A stretch of 64,000 nt of DNA from an uncultured Actinomycetota bacterium (GCA_963831705.1 CAWHRE010000010.1:1419412-1483411); one strand, 5' to 3'; positions 8,147 through 19,584 are shown, counted from the first letter of the stretch. The notes: generated from the sequence alone by a model not told the origin. Numbers and translations are program-made.

Positions 8147-8536
8147 ATGTCATACGTGATCCGGCTCGTCATCAGCGCCGTTGCAGTGTGGATCGCCACG
8201 CTGCTGATTAGCGGCGTGCAAGTGACCACTGACTCCACCGGCGAGAAGGTGCTGACGATCCTCGCGGTCGCGGTCATCTTCGGCATCGTCAATGCGGTTT
8301 TGCGACCGATCATCAAGACGATCGGATGCGCGTTCTACGTCTTAACGCTCGGCTTGATCTCGATCATCGTCAACGGACTGCTGTTCTGGCTCGCCAGCTG
8401 GATCGCGGGTGAGCTCAGCATCCCGTTCCACGTCGAGAACTTCTGGCCGAGTGCGGTGCTCGGCGCACTTATCGTCGGCATCGTCGGTTGGCTCCTCGGC
8501 ATCGTGGTCCCGGACAAGGTCCAGGGCAAGAACTGA
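8147..8536 (+). CDS. four-TM membrane protein of the phage-holin-4_2 / DUF360 type
   Basis: 129 aa with four hydrophobic helices. The motif VNAVLRPIIKTIGCAFYVLTLGL is characteristic of the family. No other phage genes are nearby. Confidence 0.6.
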   Translation: MSYVIRLVISAVAVWIATLLISGVQVTTDSTGEKVLTILAVAVIFGIVNAVLRPIIKTIGCAFYVLTLGLISIIVNGLLFWLASWIAGELSIPFHVENFWPSAVLGALIVGIVGWLLGIVVPDKVQGKN

Positions 8537-8574
8537 AACGACCACGAGCGGGTCCATGCCTTACGGTAGGCGGC

Positions 8575-9501
8575 ATGGACTCGCGTCGTGGTTTCGTTTC
8601 CGGGCTGGCCGCGTACGTGATCTGGGGCTTCTTCCCGCTCTACTTTCACTATCTGCTGCCCGCCGGGCCGGTCGAGATCCTTGCGCACCGCATCGTCTGG
8701 TCGGTGGTCACGGTGGCGATCATCACGACCGTCCTGCGGCGCTGGCGCAACATCGTCGAGCTACGTCACCAACCGCGCAAGCTTGCCGGGATGGTCATCG
8801 CGGCCGTTCTGATCGGCGTCAACTGGTACGTCTACATCTACGGCGTCAACACGAACCGCGTAATCGAGACTTCACTCGGCTACTTCCTGACCCCGCTGAT
8901 CTCGGTACTGTTCGGGGTCGTCGTCTTCAAGGAACGTCTCCGCGGGTACCAATGGCTGGCGATCGGCGTCGGCGGCGCGGCGGTCACCGTCATCGCGTTC
9001 GACTACGGCCACGTCCCGTGGATCGCGCTCACGCTGGCGATCTCGTTCGGCTCGTACGGCATGGTGAAGAAGCGGCTCGGCCTGCCACCGACCGACGGGC
9101 TGCTGCTGGAGTCGTCTGCGCTGGCCGCACCGGCCCTCGCGTACCTGATCTGGCTAGGCACATCCGGGCGCTCGACGTTCGTCAGCGTCTCTCCAACGCA
9201 TACCCTGCTGTTGGCCGCATCCGGCGTGATCACCGCCGTACCGTTGCTGCTCTTCGCGGACTCGGCCAACCGCATCCCGCTCACCGCTCTGGGCATCCTG
9301 CAGTACACCGCACCGATCCTGCAGCTCGGATGCGGACTGCTGTGGCTGCACGAGAGCATGCCCCGCGCCGAGCTCATCGGCTTCTGCCTCGTTTGGGTCG
9401 CCCTGGGCATCTTCACCTGGGACGCGCTGCGTAGCCGCTCCCCGGACGGATCAGAAGTTGTAGAAGAGAACGACCTCACCGCTGGAGTCGCGGAGTTCTA
9501 G
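8575..9501 (+). CDS. rarD: EamA/RarD family transporter
   Basis: GLAAYVIWGFFPLYFHYL...ILAHRIVWS...VNWYVYIYGVNTNRVIETSLGYFLTPL is the RarD signature, with ten predicted TM helices. The 3' end overlaps the convergent anti-sigma gene by 51 nt. Confidence 0.85.
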   Translation: MDSRRGFVSGLAAYVIWGFFPLYFHYLLPAGPVEILAHRIVWSVVTVAIITTVLRRWRNIVELRHQPRKLAGMVIAAVLIGVNWYVYIYGVNTNRVIETSLGYFLTPLISVLFGVVVFKERLRGYQWLAIGVGGAAVTVIAFDYGHVPWIALTLAISFGSYGMVKKRLGLPPTDGLLLESSALAAPALAYLIWLGTSGRSTFVSVSPTHTLLLAASGVITAVPLLLFADSANRIPLTALGILQYTAPILQLGCGLLWLHESMPRAELIGFCLVWVALGIFTWDALRSRSPDGSEVVEENDLTAGVAEF

Positions 9502-10164
9502 CCGCGACATCTGCGGTACCGACCAGGACGTGAGAGTCGCCGGTACGCGAATCGCGTCCCCCGGTGCCACGCCCCAGGTGGCGAGTTCCTGCGCCGGCTT
9601 GCCGTTGACCGGGATCGCGAAGAGGCCGAACCACTTCTTCCCGTTGTACGTGCTGCCGAACGCGGTCGGGTACCGGCAGGTCAACTCGATCTCCGTGCCA
9701 CCGACGACCGGCGCGAAGCCGACCTGCGCGGACACCGTGGTGTCCGCATCCTCCGGCATCATGTCGTGCAGCGCGACCGGCGGCGAGATCACCGTTGACG
9801 GTGACGGCTTCGTGGCCGTCGTGGTCTGCGTGTGCGGCGTGGACGCGGGCAGGTTGAGCCCGGCCACGAGCGCCAGCGCGACGACGACCGTGGCACCCGC
9901 ACCGGCCAGGACCCGGCGTCCGCGACGCTGGCGGTGCACCTTCGCGAGGACCGACGGCAGGACCGACGGAGCGGGCATCTCGGCGATGGACACGACCGAC
10001 GCCTCATCCAGCCGACCGAGCAGGCCTGGCAGGACCGCCAGGTCGTTGACTTCGGCCTGGCATTCCGAGCATGTCGCCATGTGTTGCTCGAACGCGATCC
10101 GCTGCGCGGGCGCGAGCGCACCGAGCACGTACACGCCGGAGTCGACGAGGTGGGGGCAGGTCAT
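9451..10164 (-). CDS. zinc-binding (ZAS, HxxxCxxC) anti-sigma factor, single-pass membrane protein
   Basis: MTCPH...EQHMATCSECQ carries the H-x3-C-x2-C motif. It has a central TM helix (AGAGATVVVALALVAGL), and its ATG overlaps the sigma gene stop (ATGA). Confidence 0.8.
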   Translation of the reverse strand: MTCPHLVDSGVYVLGALAPAQRIAFEQHMATCSECQAEVNDLAVLPGLLGRLDEASVVSIAEMPAPSVLPSVLAKVHRQRRGRRVLAGAGATVVVALALVAGLNLPASTPHTQTTTATKPSPSTVISPPVALHDMMPEDADTTVSAQVGFAPVVGGTEIELTCRYPTAFGSTYNGKKWFGLFAIPVNGKPAQELATWGVAPGDAIRVPATLTSWSVPQMSRLELRDSSGEVVLFYNF

Positions 10165-10673
10165 TGCGTCACTCCCATCTCGGCGAGGATCAAACGGAGC
10201 GCACGCAACGCGTAATGGGTGCGCGACTTGACCGTGCCCGGTGGAACACCGAGCCGGACGGCCGCGTCGGCGACCGATCGACCCCGGTAGAAACACTCGA
10301 CCAGGACCTGGCGGTGCGTCGGCGTCAGCCGATTCAACGCCTCGGCGATCAGCCAAGATTCGACCGCGCGATCCGCCTCGTCGATCGTGGCCGGCTCCGG
10401 CAGCGTATCCGTCACGACCTCCGGCACACGGCTCGAGCGTCGGCGCCACGCGTCGATGGACAGATTACGCGCGGTCGTGAACAGCCAAGCCCGCACGGAT
10501 CCCCGATCTGGGTCTAGGAGGTCTGGATGCCGCCATGCGCGTACCAATGTCTCTTGCACTAGATCTTCCGCCCGTTGTCGATCTCCGCCGACGAGACGCA
10601 GGGCATGTGCGAACAACGCATCGCCGTGCTCATCACAGAGCGCGCGCACCAATTCGTCGTCCGCCGTACCCAC
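10161..10673 (-). CDS. ECF-type RNA polymerase sigma factor
   Basis: Region 2 (DLVQETLVRAWRH) and region 4 (RSVADAAVRLGVPPGTVKSRTHYALRALR) are both recognisable. The gene is translationally coupled to the downstream anti-sigma gene. Confidence 0.9.
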   Translation of the reverse strand: MGTADDELVRALCDEHGDALFAHALRLVGGDRQRAEDLVQETLVRAWRHPDLLDPDRGSVRAWLFTTARNLSIDAWRRRSSRVPEVVTDTLPEPATIDEADRAVESWLIAEALNRLTPTHRQVLVECFYRGRSVADAAVRLGVPPGTVKSRTHYALRALRLILAEMGVTQ

Positions 10674-10739
10674 CGCCGCTCGTCCCCCAATACCGCGAGA
10701 TCCTTACGCAGATCCCTGCTCGGGACCCTGTGCCAGGGT

Positions 10740-11615
10740 TTACGGATGGCGGTGGGCAGGCGGTTCAACGGCGACGAGTTCGCGGAGCTCACGGGACAAT
10801 TCGGAGAGCCTTGTCCGGAATATGTTCGTCGATGCCGCCAGTTCGTCCAGCGGCGCTGCGACCGCGAGCACCATCCGGCGCTCCGGATCCCGATCGGACA
10901 CCACGGTCAGCGCGGCACAACCGATGCCATTCCGGAATTGGCCGAGTTCCAGCTGCATGCCGCGGCGTTCGCCGATCGACAGGTCGCTCTCCAGCGCCTC
11001 CGGCGAGTCGAGCGTCGCGCGGGTATAGGTCCGCATGCCGGATTCCTTGACGTACCGCGTGCGGTCTTCGGGGCGCATCGTGGCCAGCAGCGCCTTGCCC
11101 AACGCGGTCGCGTGCGCGCCGTCGTCGAAGCCCGGCACAAGATCTTCCAGGTACGGCGAGCGAGGCCCCTCGGCAACCGCGGTCAACGCGATCCGGCCGT
11201 TCACGAAGCGACCGATGTAGTGGCTGTATCCACTCTCCTGCGCGGCCCGGCGGAGGCGATCGATGATCGTGGTGGGCGCCCGGAACGCCTCGACCAATTC
11301 GCGGAAGCGATCGCTGACTTCAAGCCCGACACCGTACGTCCCGTCGTCGCGCCGGATCACATAGCCCTCGTACGCCAGCGTGCGCACGAGGTGGTACGTC
11401 GTCGCGACGGTCAGGTCGCATCGACGAGCGATCTGCTTGACGGTCAGGCCCCGAGGCGTACCGCCAACCGACTCCAAGACCCGCAGAGCGCGCGAAACAC
11501 TGCGGATCAGGTCCGCTGGCTCTGCTTGAGGATCACGCACCGTGTCTCCATGGTGTACGCCGAGGTATCGGTCCGACCGAGGCTTCACCATATGAAATCC
11601 AGACACGTTTGCCAA
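10740..11615 (-). CDS. IclR family transcriptional regulator
   Basis: Has an N-terminal wHTH (RALRVLESVGG..GLTVKQIARRCDLTVATTYHLVRTLAYEGYV) and a C-terminal IclR effector domain. The start may be the internal ATG at 11591. Confidence 0.85.
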   Translation of the reverse strand: MANVSGFHMVKPRSDRYLGVHHGDTVRDPQAEPADLIRSVSRALRVLESVGGTPRGLTVKQIARRCDLTVATTYHLVRTLAYEGYVIRRDDGTYGVGLEVSDRFRELVEAFRAPTTIIDRLRRAAQESGYSHYIGRFVNGRIALTAVAEGPRSPYLEDLVPGFDDGAHATALGKALLATMRPEDRTRYVKESGMRTYTRATLDSPEALESDLSIGERRGMQLELGQFRNGIGCAALTVVSDRDPERRMVLAVAAPLDELAASTNIFRTRLSELSRELRELVAVEPPAHRHP

Positions 11616-11714
11616 CGTCCATACGGCGTTCCCTGAAACCGGACGGCTGATGGCGAGATCGCCAGTTTGGCGGTAAGCAAGCCGTTACGGCATGGGCCTT
11701 ACGCGTACGTGCGT

Positions 11715-12779
11715 TCAGCTGGTGCGGTCCGCGATGAAGTCGCACATGCGACTCCAGCGCATGTCGCGCCGTACCGGCGGGTAGCAATTGCAGCTGCGTA
11801 CGCGCGGTTTCCGCATAGGACCGAACGGTCTCCCGAGCCTGTTTGAACGCCGCCGATTCACGCAGCAGCCGCGAGCGCCTCGGCGTGTACGGCATCGTCG
11901 GAAATCGGACCGCGGCGAGAATCTCGCGAAGCCGTACCGCATCCGGATCCGCGTCGTCACCCGCAAGCGCGTACAGCACCGGCAGGGTCGGTATGCCTTC
12001 GCGCAGATCGGTTCCCGGCGTCTTGCCGGACTGGGTCGACTCGGAGGCGATGTCGAGCAGGTCGTCGGAGAGCTGGAACGCGATGCCGATCGTCTCGCCG
12101 TACGACGCGAGCGCCTCGACCTGGTCCGCGTCGGCGCCGGCGAACATGCCGCCGAAACGAGCGGACGTCGCGATCAGCGAACCGGTCTTCTCCGCGATCA
12201 CGCGGCAGGTAGTGCTCGACCGGATCGGATCCGCGAGCGCCCACAGTCTCGCCGATCTGGCCGTGCACCAGCCGGGCGAACGTATCGGCCTGGATCCGGA
12301 CCGCATCGGGGCCGAGTCCGGCCGCGACGCTCGCGGCCCGCGACGAACAGGTAGTCGCCGACCAGGATCGCGACCGAGTTCGTCCAGCGAGCGTTCGCCG
12401 AAGGCGCGCCGCGCCGGACGTCCGCCTCGTCCATCACGTCGTCGTGGTACAGCGTGGCCAGGTGGGTCAGCTCGACCACGATCGCCGCGTCGACGATCTC
12501 CGGCGCGCCGCCGTCCCCGAACTGGGCGGCGAGCGCGACGAGCAACGGCCGGAACCGCTTGCCGCCGGCATCGACCAGGTGCACCGACGCCTCCGCGATC
12601 AGCGGATCGTCGCTGCGGATCACGTCGTGCAGGCGCACTTCGACGTCCGCGAGCGTCGCGAGGATGCGCGCCTCCAGCTCGGGGTTCGCGATGTCCATGC
12701 CGAGGTATCGGGCCGTTGGGGTTGCCACGGCCCCAACGATGCCATACCGGCTGGGCAGGATGGCCCCTGGGCTAGCCAC
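11715..12779 (-). pseudogene. long-chain polyprenyl diphosphate synthase (menaquinone side chain, HepT/GrcC1-like), about five frame breaks
   Basis: The first aspartate-rich motif LATLYHDDVMDE and the second FQLSDDLLD are both present. Conserved sequence hops frames near 12345, 12206, 11911, 11870 and 11750 (four +1 and one -1). It ends in MCDFIADRTS and a stop at 11715-11717. Confidence 0.8.
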
Positions 12780-12801
12780 GTCGAGGTCGAACGATTATGC
12801 G

Positions 12802-14390
12802 TCAGCGGAGGAACTGGGCCGCCTGACTGGCCAGATCGATGACCGGAGTCGGGAACACACCGAGCCAGATCGTCGCGAGTACGCCGATGGTGAGTGCTGC
12901 CGACGTGAAGAAGCCCGGAATCGAAACGGTCGGAGTCGAGCTCGCCCGGCTCGGACAGCCACATCATCACGACCACCCGCAGGTACGGGAAGGCCAGGAT
13001 CATGCTGCGTGAGCACGCCGACGATCAGGAGCCAGGTCTGGCCGGCGCCCTGAGCCGCCGCGAAGACGTAGAACTTCGCGAGGAAGCCCGAGGTCAGCGG
13101 GATACCGGCGAATGCGAGCATCAGGAACGTGAAGATCGCCGCGTACATCGGCGAACGACGTCCCAGCCCGGCCCAGCGCGACATGTGCGTCGCCTCACCG
13201 TCCGAGTCGCGGACCAGCGTGACGAGCGCGAACGACGCGATCACCGTGAAGCCGTACGCGACCAGGTAGAACATCGTCGAGCTGAGGCCGTCCTTGTTCA
13301 GCGCGAGCACGCCGACGAGCAGGTAACCGGCGTTCGCGATGGACGAGTAGGCGAGCAGGCGCTTCATGTCGGTCTGCGTGATCGCGAGGATCGAGCCGAC
13401 CAGCATCGTGAGGATGGCGACGATGCCGAGCACGAACTTGACGTCCCACGTGGCACCGGCGAACGCGACGTACAGCACGCGCAGCAGGCCACCGAACGCG
13501 GCGACCTTGGTGCAGGCGGCCATGAACGCGGTGACCGGCGTGGGCGCGCCCTGATAGACGTCCGGCGTCCACACGTGGAACGGCACCGCAGCGGCCTTGA
13601 ACAGCAGGCCGATCGCGATCAGCGCGACACCCGCGATCAGCAGCGTGTAGCTGTTCGCCGAGCCCGCGATCGCGTTGTGGATGTCGGAGAACGAAACCGA
13701 GCCGGCGTACCCGTACACGAGCGCGATTCCGAACAGGAAGAACGCCGAGGCGAACGCGCCGAGCAGGAAGTACTTCATCGCCGCTTCCTGCGAGAGCAGG
13801 CGACGGCGGCGAGCCAGTGCGCACATCAGGTACAGCGGAAGCGAGAACACCTCGAGCGCGACGAACATCGTCAGCAGGTCGTTCGCCGACACGAACAGCA
13901 GCATGCCGCCGAGCGAGAACAGCATCAGCGGGAAGACGTCGGTACCGCCGGACTTGTTCGCGGCCTGCTGCCGGTCCGCCTCGGTGCCGGCGGTGACGGC
14001 CGCGGTCGCCACGAACGGCCCGCCGCGTTCCAGTGACCGCTCGGAGACCAGGAACAGCGTCACGAGCCCGAGCACGAGCAGCGTGCCCGACATGAACAGC
14101 GCCGGACCGTCGATCGCGATCGCGCCACCGGCGGTCAGCGTGCCGTTCAGCGGCTTCTGCAGGTGCGTACCGAGGTACACCACGAATACGAAGGCCGCGA
14201 TGATCGCCGCCGCCGACAGCAGGAACTGAGACGCCGGCCGCCAGGTACGCGGTACGAACGCCTCCACCAGTACGGCCAGCACGGCGCCACCGAGCAGGAT
14301 CAGGATCGGCGCGAGCGCCACGTAGTTCAGATGCGGGAGCTGGAACGTACCCGTATCCGCGGCCAATACCGCTGCGTGGGAGAGATTCAC
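12802..14390 (-). pseudogene. nuoN: NADH-quinone oxidoreductase subunit N, two +1 frame breaks in the last 70 codons
   Basis: Multi-TM NuoN sequence occupying the last position of the nuo operon. After ...LLIVGVL the conserved text continues in the next frame (MILAFPYLRVVVMMWLSEPG) and then the next (STPTVSIPGFFTSAALTIGVLATIWLGVFPTPVIDLASQAAQFLR, stop at 12802-12804). The span is 1589 nt = 3n+2. Confidence 0.85.
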
Positions 14391-15934
14391 TTGCCGCCTC
14401 CAGTAGCGGTATTCGGAGCGGTCGGCGCGGGGTCGGTCGTGCCGACCGTCGACAGCGTCGCCTTGATGGCGGGGTTGATGACATCGATGACCGGCTTCGG
14501 GTAGAAGCCGAGGAAGATGATCAGAATGAGCAGCGGGGCGACCACGACGGTCTCACGAAGTGAGATGTCTTTCCGCATTCGGTCGATCTTCTCCAAGGCC
14601 GGGTTGACCGTCCCTTGTGTCGTCCGCTGAACCATCCACAGCACGTAGCAGCAGGCCAGGATGATGCCGGCGGTCGCAATGATCGCCACCGTCTTGTTGA
14701 CCGTGAACGTACCGATCAGCACGAGGAACTCACTGACGAACGGAGACGTCCCGGGGAGTGCGAGCGATGCCAGACCGGCGAAGAAGAAGATGCCGGCGAG
14801 TACCGGGAGCATCTTTCCGGCGCCGCCGAAGTCCGTGACGTTCTGCGAACCCCGGCGAGTCACGAACATACCGACCACAATGAACAGAAGACCGGTCGCG
14901 AGACCGTGGTTCAGCATGTAGAGCACCGCACCCGTACCGGCCTGCGTGGTGAACGCGAAGATACCGATGCCGATGAAGCCGAAGTGCGCGATCGACGTGT
15001 ACGACACCAGCCGCTTCAGGTCGTTCTGACCCACCGCGAGCAACGCACCGTAGATCACACCGACCAGCGCCAAGGCGAGTCCGAGGGGGGCGAAGTAACG
15101 CGAAGCGTGCGGGAACAGCGGCAGGCAGTAACGCAGGATGCCGAACGTACCCACCTTGTCGAGTACGCCGACGAGCAGCGCACCCGCACCGGCCGGAGCA
15201 GCGCCACCGGCGTCTGGCAGCCACGTGTGGAACGGAAAGAACGGCGCCTTGATCGCGAACGCGATGAAGAATCCGAGGAACAGCCAACGCTCGGTGCTCG
15301 TCGACATGTGCAGCGTGGTGAGCTGCTGCCAGTTGAACGTACCGGTGCCGAGTTGGTCCTTGCCGACGATCCACAGCCCGATCACGGCCGCCAGCATCAG
15401 CAGGCCGCCGAACAGCGAGTAGAGGAAGAACTTCACTGCCGCGTACTGGCGACGTGGGCCGCCGTAGCTGCCGATCAGGAAGTACATCGGGACCAGCATG
15501 ATCTCGAAGAACACATAGAACAGGAACACGTCCGCCGCGGCGAACACGCCGATCATCGTGAACTCGAGCGCCAGCAGCAGCGCGAAGTACGCCGGTACGC
15601 TCCGGCGGCTCTCCTCGGCGTCGTGCCAGGACGCCAGGATCACGACCGGTACCAGGATCGCGATCAGCAGGATCATCACGAGTGCGATGCCGTCGACCGA
15701 GAGCGTGAAGCTCGTACCGAAGCTGGAGATCCAGGTGTGCGACACGGTGAACTGGAAGCGGTCGCCGTTGGGCTTGAACGCGACCCACATCGCGATCGCG
15801 ACACCGAGTACGGCGAGCGACCAGAGCAGCGCGATCACCTTGGCCAGCTGCGGCTTGCTCCGCGGTACGAGAGCGACAGCACCTGCCCCGACGAGCGGGC
15901 CGAGCGTCAGCACGCTCAAGTAGTAGGAATGCAT
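14387..15934 (-). CDS. nuoM: NADH-quinone oxidoreductase subunit M
   Basis: Intact 515-aa antiporter-like subunit (FPFHTWLPDA motif). A 4-nt overlap with the nuoN start supports the operon position. Confidence 0.92.
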   Translation of the reverse strand: MHSYYLSVLTLGPLVGAGAVALVPRSKPQLAKVIALLWSLAVLGVAIAMWVAFKPNGDRFQFTVSHTWISSFGTSFTLSVDGIALVMILLIAILVPVVILASWHDAEESRRSVPAYFALLLALEFTMIGVFAAADVFLFYVFFEIMLVPMYFLIGSYGGPRRQYAAVKFFLYSLFGGLLMLAAVIGLWIVGKDQLGTGTFNWQQLTTLHMSTSTERWLFLGFFIAFAIKAPFFPFHTWLPDAGGAAPAGAGALLVGVLDKVGTFGILRYCLPLFPHASRYFAPLGLALALVGVIYGALLAVGQNDLKRLVSYTSIAHFGFIGIGIFAFTTQAGTGAVLYMLNHGLATGLLFIVVGMFVTRRGSQNVTDFGGAGKMLPVLAGIFFFAGLASLALPGTSPFVSEFLVLIGTFTVNKTVAIIATAGIILACCYVLWMVQRTTQGTVNPALEKIDRMRKDISLRETVVVAPLLILIIFLGFYPKPVIDVINPAIKATLSTVGTTDPAPTAPNTATGGGK

Positions 15935-15977
15935 CAGCTGGCCCTTCTTACAACGCGTTGCGAAATGTTGGTAGTGC

Positions 15978-17911
15978 TCATCCGATCGCCACCGCCAACA
16001 TCGCCGCGATCAGCAGGACCGCACCGCCCAGAATCGACAGCGCGTACGTGCGAACGAATCCGGTCTGGCCGCGGCGCAGGCGACTGGAACCGCCGCCGAA
16101 GCCGGCCGCGAGACCGTTGACGAGTCCGTCGATGCCCTTGTTGTCGAGGTAGACGAGCGCCCGGGTCAGGTAGATGCCCGGCTTCTCGAAGACCGCCTCG
16201 TTCAGCGTGTCGCCGTACAGGTTGCGGCGAGCGGCCGTGACGACCGGGCCGGCCGGCTGCTCGACGAGCTCGGTTCCGTTGCGGAACAGCGCCCAAGCGA
16301 ATACGCCGCCCAGCACGACGACCACGAGCGTGATCCACGTGATCAGGGTTTCGCTGACCCGGGCATGCGAAACCTCGCCGCCAAGACCCATCGGGGTCAG
16401 CCAGTTCACCACGGACGTCTTCATTAAGAAGCCCGCGACGATCGAGCCGAGGGCCAAGAAAATGAGCGGGATGTACATGATCGGCGGCGATTCGTGCGGG
16501 TGCTCGATCTCATCGGTCCAACGCTTCGGGCCATGGAACGTCAGCACGAACAGCCGGGTCATGTAGAACGCGGTCAGGCCCGAGCCGATCAGCGCGGCGA
16601 GGCCGAACAGCCAACCGGTCCAGCCGGGCCGGTTGAACGCGGCCGCGACGATCGGGTCCTTCGTGAAGAAGCCGGACAGCGGCGGGATGCCGATGATCGC
16701 CAGGAATCCACAGAGGAACGTGGCGTACGTCCATTTCATGTACTTGCCCAAGCCGCCGAACCGGCGGATGTCGGTCTGATCGTGCATGCCGTGCATCACC
16801 GAGCCGGCGCCGAGGAACATGTCCGGCCTTGAAGAAGCCGTGCGCGAGCAGGTGGATCAGGGCCAGCGCGTACGCGCCGCCGCCCAGGCCGACCCCGAGG
16901 AACATGTACCCGATCTGGGACACCGTCGAGTACGCGAGGATGCGCTTGATGTCGTCCTTCGCGCAGCCGATGATGCACCCGAGAACCAGCGTGAACGCAC
17001 CGATCGAGACGACGAACGTCTGCGCGACGTGGTTCGCGCTGAAGATCGGGGCGGACCGGGCGATCAGGTAGACACCGGCGGTCACCATCGTCGCGGCGTG
17101 GATCAGGGCCGAGACCGGGGTCGGGCCTTCCATCGCGTCCGGCAACCAGGCCTGCAGCGGCACCTGACCGGACTTGCTGCACGCGCCGAGCAGAAGGAAC
17201 AGCGCGATCGACAGGACCGTCGCCGGACGAAGCGTGCGTGACACCGGTGAACACGCCGCTGAAGCTGACCGAGCCGAACGTCGCGAACATGATGAAGATC
17301 GCGACCGCCATGCCCGCGTCACCGACGCGGTTCATGATGAACGCCTTCTTACCGGCGGTGGCCGCGCTCGGCCGGTTGAAGTACCACGAGATGAGCAGGT
17401 AGGACGCGAGGCCTACGCCTTCCCAGCCGAGGTACAGCATCACGTAGTTGTTCGCGAGCACGAGCGTGAGCATCGCGGCAACGAACAGGTTGAAGTAGCC
17501 GAAGAACCGGCGGCGTCCGGGATCGTCCGACATGTAGCCGACCGCGTACACGTGGATCAGGAGACCGACGCCGGTGATCAGCAGGACGAAGATCGCGGCC
17601 AGCGGATCCAGCAGGAGCCCGAAGCTCACCTTCAGGCTGCCGACCGAGAAGAAGTTCCACAGGTTCAACTCGGCGCTGCGTGCCTCGACACCGGCCGGCG
17701 GCGACCCGAGGTGACGCAGCTCGGAGAAGTAGAACAGCGCAAGGACGAACGAGGCCAGGAGCGCGAGTACGCCCAGCCAGTGGCCCCACTTGTTGGTGTA
17801 CTTGCCGAACAGCAGCAGGAACGTCGCGCTTGCCAGCGGGATCGCGATCAGCAGCCAGAACGACGACAGTGCACCGGTGGCCGGCGCGTACGAGAGAGCT
17901 TCGAGACTCAT
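15978..17911 (-). pseudogene. nuoL: NADH-quinone oxidoreductase subunit L, two +1 frame breaks
   Basis: Three consecutive ORFs (16796-17911, 16510-17322, 15978-16820) carry contiguous NuoL sequence (..GWEGVGLASYLLI.. / ..[35 protein letters not shown].. / ..[12 protein letters not shown]..). The breaks lie near 17225 and 16826. The span is 1934 nt = 3n+2. Confidence 0.88.
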
Positions 17912-17918
17912 TGCGTCC

Positions 17919-18218
17919 TCAGTACTTCAGCAGGTTTGCGTCGTCGACACTCGCCGAGCGTCGAGTCCGGAAGATCGACATGATGATCGCGAGTCCGACG
18001 ACGACCTCCGCAGCGGCGATGACCATCACGAAGAACGCGATGACCTGGCCGGACAGATTGCCGTTCATCCGCGAGAACGTGACGAGCGCGAGGTTCGCGG
18101 CGTTGAGCATCAGCTCGACACACATGAACAGCACGATCGCGTTCCGCCGGACCAGTACGCCGACGGCGCCGATGGTGAACAGCGCCGCCGCCAGCACCAC
18201 GTAGTAACTGGGGCTCAT
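17919..18218 (-). CDS. nuoK: NADH-quinone oxidoreductase subunit K
   Basis: 99-aa three-TM protein [22 protein letters not shown]...[12 protein letters not shown]. Its ATG overlaps the nuoJ stop (ATGA). Confidence 0.9.
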   Translation of the reverse strand: MSPSYYVVLAAALFTIGAVGVLVRRNAIVLFMCVELMLNAANLALVTFSRMNGNLSGQVIAFFVMVIAAAEVVVGLAIIMSIFRTRRSASVDDANLLKY

Positions 18219-19045
18219 TTCTCGGAACCTCCCGTGAGCGTCTGCTTCGGTTCGGCCTCGTGCTCGGTCAGCTCGCGGAGCGGCAGGATCCCGGAGATGC
18301 TTCGCTCCGAGGCCGATCCATCCGGCAGCCGGGCCGGCGTGGCGACCGAGTCGGACAGTGCGTACACGCCGGGGCCGGGCTTCGGCGCCGGGTAGTTGCC
18401 CGGCGCGAAGCGAGCCCGCATACGTTCCGGCTGCCCGAGCTTGTCTTCCTTGTTCTTCTGCGCGTGCGCCAGCACCATTGCGCCGAGCGCGGCCGTGATC
18501 AGCAGCGCCGACGTGATCTCGAACGCGAACACGTACTGCGTGAACAGGAGATGCGCGATGCCCTGGACGTTGCCGCCGTCGACGATGTTCGCGCCCGCCG
18601 GGTGGTTCGCGGTGGCCGGATCGTTCAGCCCGACCTGCGGTGCCGTCTGGTGTTCCAGCGCCCGGTAGACGCCGGTGCAGAGCAGTACCGCGAGGCCGAT
18701 GCCGAGCAGCGTCGCAGCGACGCGCTGGCCGCGAAGCGTCTCGATCACCGAGTCGGACGCGTCTCGGCCGACCAGCATCAGTACGAACAGGAACAGCATC
18801 ATGATCGCGCCGGTGTACACGATGATCTGCACCAGTCCGAGGAACGGACCCGACTGCACGATGTAGAAGACACCGAGCGAGAGCATCGTTGCGACGAGGA
18901 ACAGCGCCGAGTGGATCGCGTTGCGGGCCAGCACCATGCCCAGCGCACCGACGACGGCGAGGATGCCGAGGATCCAGAAGACCCACTCCTCGCCGAGGCT
19001 CATGTGCAGCGGCGCCTGCGTGGCAAGCAGCATCGACGCGCTCAT
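18215..19045 (-). CDS. nuoJ: NADH-quinone oxidoreductase subunit J
   Basis: 276-aa membrane subunit lying between nuoI and nuoK, with the conserved N-terminal NuoJ helices. Confidence 0.88.
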   Translation of the reverse strand: MSASMLLATQAPLHMSLGEEWVFWILGILAVVGALGMVLARNAIHSALFLVATMLSLGVFYIVQSGPFLGLVQIIVYTGAIMMLFLFVLMLVGRDASDSVIETLRGQRVAATLLGIGLAVLLCTGVYRALEHQTAPQVGLNDPATANHPAGANIVDGGNVQGIAHLLFTQYVFAFEITSALLITAALGAMVLAHAQKNKEDKLGQPERMRARFAPGNYPAPKPGPGVYALSDSVATPARLPDGSASERSISGILPLRELTEHEAEPKQTLTGGSEK

Positions 19046-19581
19046 CAGTGGCCTCCCGGCGAGTGTTCCGCCCCGGCGCTCGTGCCCGGGTTCGTGAGCG
19101 CGCCCACGTAGTAGTCCTTTTCGGTGTCACCAAGGCGCATCGCGTGCGGCGGCTGCTCCATGCCCGGCAGCAGCGGCGCGAGCAACTGCTCCTTCGTGAA
19201 GATCAGGTCACGCCGATTGTCGCGCGCCAGCTCGTACTCGGTGCTCATGGTGAGCGACCGGGTCGGGCAGGCTTCGATGCACAGGCCGCAGAAGATGCAG
19301 CGGCCGTAGTTGATCTGGTACACGCTGGCGTAGCGCTCGCCCGGCGAGAACCGCGCGCCCTCGACGTTGTTGCCGCCTTCGACGTAGATCGCGTCGGCCG
19401 GGCACGCCCAGGCGCACAGCTCGCAGCCGATGCACTTCTCCAAGCCGTCCGGGTGACGGTTGAGGATGTGCCGGCCGTGGTAGCGCGGCGCCGGTGGCGT
19501 GACCACCTCGGGGTATTCCTCGGTCACGACCTTCTTGAACATGTGCGAGAAGGTCACGCCGAAGCCTTTGAAGCCTCCCAC
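19045..19581 (-). CDS. nuoI: NADH-quinone oxidoreductase subunit I (2x[4Fe-4S] ferredoxin)
   Basis: Carries two CxxCxxCxxxCP motifs ([12 protein letters not shown] and [12 protein letters not shown]). Confidence 0.93.
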   Translation of the reverse strand: MGGFKGFGVTFSHMFKKVVTEEYPEVVTPPAPRYHGRHILNRHPDGLEKCIGCELCAWACPADAIYVEGGNNVEGARFSPGERYASVYQINYGRCIFCGLCIEACPTRSLTMSTEYELARDNRRDLIFTKEQLLAPLLPGMEQPPHAMRLGDTEKDYYVGALTNPGTSAGAEHSPGGH

Positions 19582-19584
19582 GTC

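Noticed and set aside
8147-8536. Holin-family gene considered as evidence of a prophage or lysis cassette
   Set aside because: No endolysin, integrase, capsid, tail or terminase genes are adjacent. This four-TM family is widespread as a chromosomal membrane protein in Actinobacteria.
9451-9501. 51-nt convergent overlap of the rarD and anti-sigma 3' ends, and the palindromic shared stops at 1645-1648 (CTAG) and 54229-54236 (TTAATTA region)
   Set aside because: Convergent overlaps of this size are common in compact high-GC genomes. No hairpin or conserved element is visible, so no regulatory claim is made.
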